Assembly (NCBI GenBank): GCA_047602425.1 | Contig: JASGHG010000001.1 | Location: 2,144,001-2,208,000, forward strand | Direction of reading: 5' to 3' | Length of the DNA: 64,000 nucleotides | Origin: Nibricoccus sp. | Lineage (GTDB): Bacteria; Verrucomicrobiota; Verrucomicrobiia; Opitutales; Opitutaceae | Part shown: in pieces, positions 57,919 through 64,000 of the stretch | Position numbering within the stretch: the first letter of the stretch is position 1 | Layout of the letters: the number at the start of each line of letters is the position of its first letter | Position numbers and translations under genes: made by a program | The notes under the pieces: model-generated | What the model was told of the DNA's origin: nothing | Databases searched by the model: none | Seen by the model: only the letters and a program-made list of their open reading frames with translations

Positions 57919-60729
57919 ATGGCCCCGCGCATTCTCGTCTGCGAAGATACGGAAATTGATTTCAAACTGCTCGAAAAAGAGCTGGAACGCTCGCAGTTCG
58001 CCTGCGAGCTCAGGCGCGTCGACAAACAAGCGGCCTTCACCACGGCTTTGCAGGATTTCAAGCCCGACCTGATCATCTCCGATTACTACCTCATCGATTT
58101 CAACGCCCTCGACGCGCTCGAAATCCTCAAGCGACACTCGCCCGACACGCCTTTCATCGTCCTCACCAACGCACTCAACGAAGAAACTGCCGTCGAGTGC
58201 ATGAAACGCGGCGCGGTAGACTACGTTCTCAAAAACCGGCTCCCCCGCCTCGTCGCCATTCTCAACACCACGCTGGAACATCGGCGGCTCCTCCGCGAAC
58301 ACGCGCAAATCCACCGCGAGCATGAACAACTCTTCCGGCTAACCCCCGACTTGTTCTGTCTCGCGAGCCTCGACGGCACTCTGCAGGTCGTTAATCCCGC
58401 CTGGATCCTCCGTCTTGGTTTTGCCGAGAAGGATCTGATCAACCGCCCCCTTTTCACGCTCGTCCACCCCGACGATCGCCACGCCCTTGACACTTGGTGG
58501 AGCAATCTCGTTTCCCGCAACCAGACCGCAACGCCTTTCGCGGTTCAGCAACCCATCAACGATTTCGAATGCCGCTTGGTCCATCGCGAACGCGGCTTCC
58601 GCCACATTCTCTGGAGCGCGCGGCCGTTCCCGTCCGAAAACAAAATTTACGCCTACGGCCACGACATCACCGAGCGCAAACAAGCCGAGGCCGCCCTCCG
58701 CGAAAGCGAATCTCGTTTCCGCCGCATGGCCGATTCCGCGCCAGTCCTCATCTGGCTCACCGACACTTCCAAGGCGTATATTTATTTCAACCAGCCCTGG
58801 CTCGACTTCACCGGCCGGCGTTTGTCGGACGAGACTGGTTTCGGTTGGACCGACGGCATTCATCCCGAAGATCGCGAACGCTGCCTCCAGGGCTACGACG
58901 AAAGCTTCGCAACCCGCAGTCCCTTCCGCATCGAATATCGGCTGCGCCGTCACGACGGACACTTCCGCTGGGTTGTAAGCCATGGCATCCCGCGCTACGA
59001 CGAACATGGCTCGTTTGCCGGTTTCATTGGTTCGTGTTTCGACGTTACCGATCAGCACGAAGTCGAGGCCCATCTCGCCTATCGCGCGATCAAACAGGCC
59101 GCGCTCGCCGGCTTTGGCCGCTACGCACTCGCCCCTCACACCTTCGGCGAACTCACCCAGGAAGCCTCCCGCCTCGTCGTCGACACTCTGCGTATCGAAC
59201 ATGCCCAGGTTCTCGCCGTCGAATCCGATACCCTCAAGCTCACTTTGGCCTCCAGCACCGGTCCTGCCTTTGCGGACAGTACCAAACCACTTGGCACCGC
59301 CACGATCACCGCCATCTCGCGCGACCAGCCCATCCACTTCGCCGACGATCTGCAAAATTTCCCCGCAGCCAGCCTCTACGCCGCCGCGGGTGTCGAATCC
59401 GGTGTCGCCGTCCCCATTGGAAGCGGCAAACGCGCCTATGGTTTTCTCACCGCGATCGCCAAGGAGGATCGCATCTTCGGCCGCGAGGCTGTCGATTTCA
59501 TGCAGGGCCTCGCCAATGTGCTCAGCACGGTCCATCAGCGCGATCGCGCCGAGGCCGCTTTGGAGGAAAGTGAACAGAAACTCCTTCAATCCCAAAAAAT
59601 GGAAGCCGTCGGTCTGCTCGCCGGCGGCGTTGCCCACGACTTCAACAATCTCCTCACCGCCATCCGCTGTTATGCCGACATTCTTCATGATGACCTCGGC
59701 ATCATTTCGCCGGAACACCAGCCCAAGATCGGCGAAATCCTCAAAGCCACGGCGCGGGCCTCCGCACTCGTTCGTCAGCTTCTCGCCTTCAGCCGCAAGC
59801 AGGTTCTGCAGCCGGAGTTCCTCGACCTCAATACCGCTATCACTGAACTCAAGGATCTCATCCGCTCGCTGTTGAGCGAAAACATCGGTCTCGAAATCAC
59901 CCTCTCCCCCCAGCCCGCCACCGTCGAGGTCGACCGCAACCAAATCGAACAGGTCATCATCAACCTCGCCATCAACGCCCGCGATGCCATGCCACAGGGC
60001 GGGCGGCTCAACATCGTGCTCGATACCACAACTATCGAGGAGAACCAAATTCCCGACGTCGCCCCCGGCCACTACATATCGCTCTCGGTGGCCGATACCG
60101 GCATAGGCATGAGCGAAGAAACCCAGGCGCGCCTTTTCCAACCTTTCTTCACCACCAAACCCAAGGGCCGTGGCACCGGTCTCGGGCTCGCCACCTGCGC
60201 CGTCATTATCAAACACTATCAGGGCACCATCCAGTTCAAGAGCCAGATTGGCGCGGGCACGACCTTTAGCGTCCTCCTTCCGAAGGCCGACCCGCCTACG
60301 CTCAACTTCAATTTCGACTTCGATGAGGAGCCTGGCGCCGGAACCGAAACCATTCTGCTCGTCGAGGACGACGAGGCCATCCGCACCGTCACCGCCGCAA
60401 TCCTCCGCGCCCTCGGCTACCAGATTTATCCAATGGCTAGCAGCGTCGAAGCCTACAACCAGTTTTCAGGGCCAAACTGCCCGCCTTACGACCTGCTTCT
60501 GAGCGACATCGTCATGCCCGACATGGGCGGCCGCGATCTCGCCGACAAACTCCGCGCCGCCAAGCCCGGCCTCAAGGTCCTTTTCATGTCCGGCTACGTC
60601 GACGACCCCGTCATCCTCCACGCAGTCCAGGAAGCCGCCATGCCTTTCCTCGAAAAACCTTTCACCCGCGAAGTCCTCGCGAAAAAAGTCCGCGACACCC
60701 TCGATCTCCCTTCGCCCGCCCCGCAGTAA
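57919..60729 (+). CDS. Hybrid histidine kinase REC-PAS-PAS-GAF-HisKA-HATPase-REC
   Basis: N-terminal receiver; PAS/PAC; QSQKMEAVGLLAGGVAHDFNNLL; NARDAMP; FFTTKPKGRGTGLGL; C-terminal receiver. Confidence 0.95.
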   Translation: MAPRILVCEDTEIDFKLLEKELERSQFACELRRVDKQAAFTTALQDFKPDLIISDYYLIDFNALDALEILKRHSPDTPFIVLTNALNEETAVECMKRGAVDYVLKNRLPRLVAILNTTLEHRRLLREHAQIHREHEQLFRLTPDLFCLASLDGTLQVVNPAWILRLGFAEKDLINRPLFTLVHPDDRHALDTWWSNLVSRNQTATPFAVQQPINDFECRLVHRERGFRHILWSARPFPSENKIYAYGHDITERKQAEAALRESESRFRRMADSAPVLIWLTDTSKAYIYFNQPWLDFTGRRLSDETGFGWTDGIHPEDRERCLQGYDESFATRSPFRIEYRLRRHDGHFRWVVSHGIPRYDEHGSFAGFIGSCFDVTDQHEVEAHLAYRAIKQAALAGFGRYALAPHTFGELTQEASRLVVDTLRIEHAQVLAVESDTLKLTLASSTGPAFADSTKPLGTATITAISRDQPIHFADDLQNFPAASLYAAAGVESGVAVPIGSGKRAYGFLTAIAKEDRIFGREAVDFMQGLANVLSTVHQRDRAEAALEESEQKLLQSQKMEAVGLLAGGVAHDFNNLLTAIRCYADILHDDLGIISPEHQPKIGEILKATARASALVRQLLAFSRKQVLQPEFLDLNTAITELKDLIRSLLSENIGLEITLSPQPATVEVDRNQIEQVIINLAINARDAMPQGGRLNIVLDTTTIEENQIPDVAPGHYISLSVADTGIGMSEETQARLFQPFFTTKPKGRGTGLGLATCAVIIKHYQGTIQFKSQIGAGTTFSVLLPKADPPTLNFNFDFDEEPGAGTETILLVEDDEAIRTVTAAILRALGYQIYPMASSVEAYNQFSGPNCPPYDLLLSDIVMPDMGGRDLADKLRAAKPGLKVLFMSGYVDDPVILHAVQEAAMPFLEKPFTREVLAKKVRDTLDLPSPAPQ

Positions 60730-60740
60730 CCCACCCAAAC

Positions 60741-60764
60741 GTTTGTCATCTAATAGATGACAAA
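60741..60764. repeat. Single REP-like palindrome between convergent genes
   Basis: tttgtcatcta-a-tagatgacaaa, perfect 11-bp arms. Confidence 0.9.
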
Positions 60765-60866
60765 TGCACTGGTCCAAGAAATCCCCAATCGTGTGTTGCG
60801 CAGCCCGTAGTTCAGTGGGTTGCCCTTTAAAGGTAATAAAACCGCTCTCTTGATCTAAAAGTTGCG

Positions 60867-61787
60867 TTACGACCGCCGGCGCGCCGGTTTCGCAACCGGC
60901 ACCAGGGCCTTGATCTCCTCGCGCAAAATTTCGAGGTAGCGTTCGACGAGCAGCGAAGTCGATTTTTTCAACCAGACTGCGTACATCCGCATGGGCGGGC
61001 AGTCCGTCTCTAGCACTTTAATACCGCCAAAATCCCGCGGTACCACCAGTTCGGGTAACAACGCCACTCCTTCCCCCGCCGCCACCAAGGCCAGCACGCC
61101 CGGCGCGCTCGTGGTGGTGCGTCCGAAGATCGGCGTGAAGCCCGCCGGCCTGCACATTTGAATGAGGTACTCGCGGAAATCGGAATCGGGACGGTGTTGC
61201 ACTTGGATCCATTGCTCCCGCGCCAGATCGCGTAAGCGCACAGTTCCGCCGTTCGCGAGAGGATGCGAAGCCGGCAGCACCGCCATCAATGGCCCGCTGT
61301 AGACCGAAAGCAGTTCCAAATCTTCCCTCGCGCCGATTGTGATCTCAGGCACGAAACCGAGGTGAATTTTCCCCGCGCGCAATGCCTCCATCTGGTCGAG
61401 AATCATCATGTCCACGTAGCCAACCGTGACCTTCGGATTGAGCTGTCGAAACTTCCGCACCGTTTCGGGAATCAGGTGCATCGGAATGCGCCAATCGCTC
61501 GCGATGTTGAAATCGCCAGCTTTCCCGCGGGCCACTTCCTGCGCGGCGCTGACCGCGATGGCCGTTTGTGCGAGGAGTTTTTGCGCCGATGCAAAAAAGT
61601 TTCGCCCTGCATCCGTCAATCGCACGCTCGTGGTCGAGCGAATAAACAGCGGGAAACCCAACTCAACTTCCAAAGACCGGATCTGCCGACTCAGCGCCGG
61701 CTGCGCCACACGCAGGCGCTCCGCCGCACGACTGAAGTTGAGCGTTTCGGCCACGGCACAAAAATAGCGTAGATGTCGAAGTTCCAA
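60867..61787 (-). CDS. LysR-family transcriptional regulator
   Basis: ELRHLRYF..NFSRAAERL..QPALSRQIRSLE..LF.R..LTDAG; TTG start at 61787. Confidence 0.94.
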   Translation of the reverse strand: MELRHLRYFCAVAETLNFSRAAERLRVAQPALSRQIRSLEVELGFPLFIRSTTSVRLTDAGRNFFASAQKLLAQTAIAVSAAQEVARGKAGDFNIASDWRIPMHLIPETVRKFRQLNPKVTVGYVDMMILDQMEALRAGKIHLGFVPEITIGAREDLELLSVYSGPLMAVLPASHPLANGGTVRLRDLAREQWIQVQHRPDSDFREYLIQMCRPAGFTPIFGRTTTSAPGVLALVAAGEGVALLPELVVPRDFGGIKVLETDCPPMRMYAVWLKKSTSLLVERYLEILREEIKALVPVAKPARRRS

Positions 61788-61903
61788 GGCATGCCACGGA
61801 TACAGGCGAGAGCCCGGACGTTCAATCAAGAATCCTTTACAGCCCGCGTTGCATCGCAACCGCTGGCGATAAACCCGGCCCACGTTCGCAGCCGCAGGCT
61901 GGC

Positions 61904-61979
61904 AAAAACAAAATGCGGAGCGAACGGAAAACTCCTGCAGGCGGCACCCCTACCGCCTCCATTGACCGTTCGCTCCGCA
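61904..61979 (-). terminator. Long-stem terminator of the RND gene
   Basis: 14-bp tgcggagcgaacgg/ccgttcgctccgca stem, inner aggcgg/ccgcct hairpin, U-rich tail on the minus strand. Confidence 0.7.
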
Positions 61980-61991
61980 AATTGACAAAAT

Positions 61992-64000
61992 TTAGTGCTT
62001 GGCGGCTGGTTTTGGCGCGGCCGTCGCGATCCGCGGGCGTGCCTTGGCGATAAAGGAGTAGAACACCGGCACGACAAAGAGCGTGAAGAGCGTGCCAATC
62101 GACATGCCCGTCGCGATCACCAATCCCATGCTGAAACGAGCCTCGGCGCCGGCACCTTTGGCCGCCACGAGGGGCAAGACGCCAAGCACCATCGCCGCCG
62201 TGGTCATTAAGATCGGACGAAGACGCACGCCCGCCGCATGGTCGATCGCCTCACGCACCGAGCAGCCCGTTTCTTCTTGGAGCTTGTTGGCAAACTCCAC
62301 CATCAGGATGCCGTGTTTCGTAATCAATCCCACCAGCGTTATCAGACCGACCTGCGTATAAATATTCAACGTGGCAAAACCAAGGAATAGGAACAACATT
62401 GCGCCCGCGATCGAAAGCGGCACCGCCATCATGATGATGAACGGGTCGCGCCAGCTCTCATATTGCGCCGCAAGCACGAGGAAAATCACCAGGAGCGCCA
62501 GACCAAAAGTCGCCAGCAATGCGCTGCCTTCCTGCACGTATTGACGAAGCTCGCCCTTGTAATCGGCGGTAAAACCTTCTGGAAAAACCTGCTTCGATTC
62601 CGCCGTCAGCCAGTCGAGCGCCTCGCCGATCGATACGCCCGGACGCGGCACGAGACCCAACGTCGCCGAATTGAGCTGCTGGAAACGACCGAGGTTGCGC
62701 GGCTGCGTCGTGTTTGCGATCGTCGCGATACTCGAAAGCGGGACCAGCGCGCCCTTGCCGGTGGAAACATAGTAGTTGCCCAGCTGCTCCGTCGTGAGTC
62801 GCGACAATCGCGAAACCTGCGGGGTGACCTTGTACGCTCGGCCTTCGATGGCGAACCGATTGACATAGCCGCCGCCCAACATCGAACCAAGATCCGCACC
62901 TAACTGCGACATATCGATGCCCAGCAGCGCCGCCTTGTCCTTGTCGACGTGGATGTCGGCCTGAGGCTGGTCGAATTTGAGCGAGTTATCCGCGTAAACA
63001 AATTTCCCACTGGCCAGCGCACGTTGCAAAAGCTCGTTTGCCACTTCGACCACCCGGGCGTGATCCTGCGTCGAACTGACCACGAATTGCACAGGCAACC
63101 CGCCGCCCGCGCCCGGCAGCGACGGCGGCAGAGCCGCCGCCACCTTCAGCCCGGAAATGCCATTGGCCAGACCGGAGAAATGCGCCGCAATCGTCGCTGC
63201 GCTGCGTGTGCGTTCGCTCCAAGGTTTGAGCACCTGGCCTATCATGCCGCCGGATGGATTGGGCAGCCCGGCCTGCGGGTCGAAGCCGAGGATCATGAAT
63301 GCGACCTTTGTTTCCGGGATCGACTGGTTGATCATCGGTTGCAGTTGCGCCGTATAACGCTGTGTCTGGTCAAGCGTGGCGTTTGGGGAACCACTCAAAA
63401 TGCCCAGAACGAACCCGCGGTCTTCCTGCGGCGCGAGCTCCTTCTTCGTCATCATGTAAAAGGGCACGATGCTCGCGAAAATCAGCACCGCCACGATCAC
63501 GACCGCAGCACGCGTTTCCAGGACCTTGTCGAGGAATTTTTCGTATCCGTGCCTCATCTTGTCGAAGCCCTTTTCAAGCATGTGCTCGAAGCCGCGCGGA
63601 TTCGGATTATGCCGCAATAGTTTCGCGCTCAGCATCGGCGACAGTGTCAGTGCCACAAAACCCGACACCACAACCGAACCAGCCAGCGTGAACGCAAATT
63701 CTCGGAAAAGCGCACCGGTCACACCCGACTGCAGGCCAATCGGCGCGTAGACTGCGGCCAACGTGATTGTCATCGCGATAACCGGACCCACGAGTTCGTG
63801 GGCGCCCTTCAGCGCGGCGTCGAGCGGCGTCAGCCCTTCCTCAATATGCCGGTGAATGTTTTCCACGACAACAATGGCATCGTCCACCACTAAACCAATC
63901 GCCAGAACCATAGCCAGCAGCGTCAAAAGATTTATGGAAAAACCGAAAGCCAGCATCAAAATGCCCCCGCCCACGAGCGACAGCGGAATGGCGATGATCG
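61992..64000 (-). CDS. RND (AcrB/AcrD/AcrF family) efflux permease, 5' part outside the window
   Basis: AIGLVVDDAIVVVEN, LTLSPML, GLITKHGILMVEFAN, RLRPILMT. Confidence 0.95.
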   Translation of the reverse strand, partial: IIAIPLSLVGGGILMLAFGFSINLLTLLAMVLAIGLVVDDAIVVVENIHRHIEEGLTPLDAALKGAHELVGPVIAMTITLAAVYAPIGLQSGVTGALFREFAFTLAGSVVVSGFVALTLSPMLSAKLLRHNPNPRGFEHMLEKGFDKMRHGYEKFLDKVLETRAAVVIVAVLIFASIVPFYMMTKKELAPQEDRGFVLGILSGSPNATLDQTQRYTAQLQPMINQSIPETKVAFMILGFDPQAGLPNPSGGMIGQVLKPWSERTRSAATIAAHFSGLANGISGLKVAAALPPSLPGAGGGLPVQFVVSSTQDHARVVEVANELLQRALASGKFVYADNSLKFDQPQADIHVDKDKAALLGIDMSQLGADLGSMLGGGYVNRFAIEGRAYKVTPQVSRLSRLTTEQLGNYYVSTGKGALVPLSSIATIANTTQPRNLGRFQQLNSATLGLVPRPGVSIGEALDWLTAESKQVFPEGFTADYKGELRQYVQEGSALLATFGLALLVIFLVLAAQYESWRDPFIIMMAVPLSIAGAMLFLFLGFATLNIYTQVGLITLVGLITKHGILMVEFANKLQEETGCSVREAIDHAAGVRLRPILMTTAAMVLGVLPLVAAKGAGAEARFSMGLVIATGMSIGTLFTLFVVPVFYSFIAKARPRIATAAPKPAAKH

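Noticed and set aside
58339..60216. 625-aa minus-strand ORF; similar long ORFs at 20406-21992, 46150-47352, 40587-41726 and 48826-50013
   Set aside because: They lie antisense to clearly identified genes and show no motifs; such shadow ORFs are expected from high-GC codon bias.

Overview
A GC-rich, gene-dense bacterial chromosome segment. Gene content and style suggest Verrucomicrobia, probably Opitutaceae (inference only). From left to right it holds: an ACT-domain gene, an nfnAB-like pair, satP, a MocR/cupin/DJ-1/EamA operon and pyruvate carboxylase; a GH2 gene, an outer-membrane barrel with a LytS/LytTR pair, kduD/kduI/DUF4861, a TMTC-like TPR glycosyltransferase and two divergent TonB-dependent receptors; tRNA-Pro(TGG), LysM, a frameshifted Nudix gene, a PaaK-like ligase and two paralogous PEP-CTERM genes; sdhCAB interrupted by an ORF6N gene; purU; a chemotaxis/flagellar signalling cluster with sigma-28-like promoters; LysR and a partial RND permease. 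The least explained signals are non-coding or DNA-level: (i) an ORF6N cassette inside the sdh operon with three copies of a TCAC-N5-GTGA palindrome, two within its coding sequence; (ii) an ~830-bp gap without a credible gene (44447-45284) containing a 6S-like rod RNA, a competing 17-bp helix module and a second unassigned rod-shaped RNA candidate; (iii) seven copies of a 23-25-bp palindrome, mostly paired, lying 3' of genes; (iv) CACAGAG 9-mer inverted-repeat elements and a small IS200/IS605-like hairpin element. No CRISPR array, rRNA, integrase or transposase was seen. Family assignments come from motif recognition and RNA structures were paired by eye; no searches or folding programs were run.
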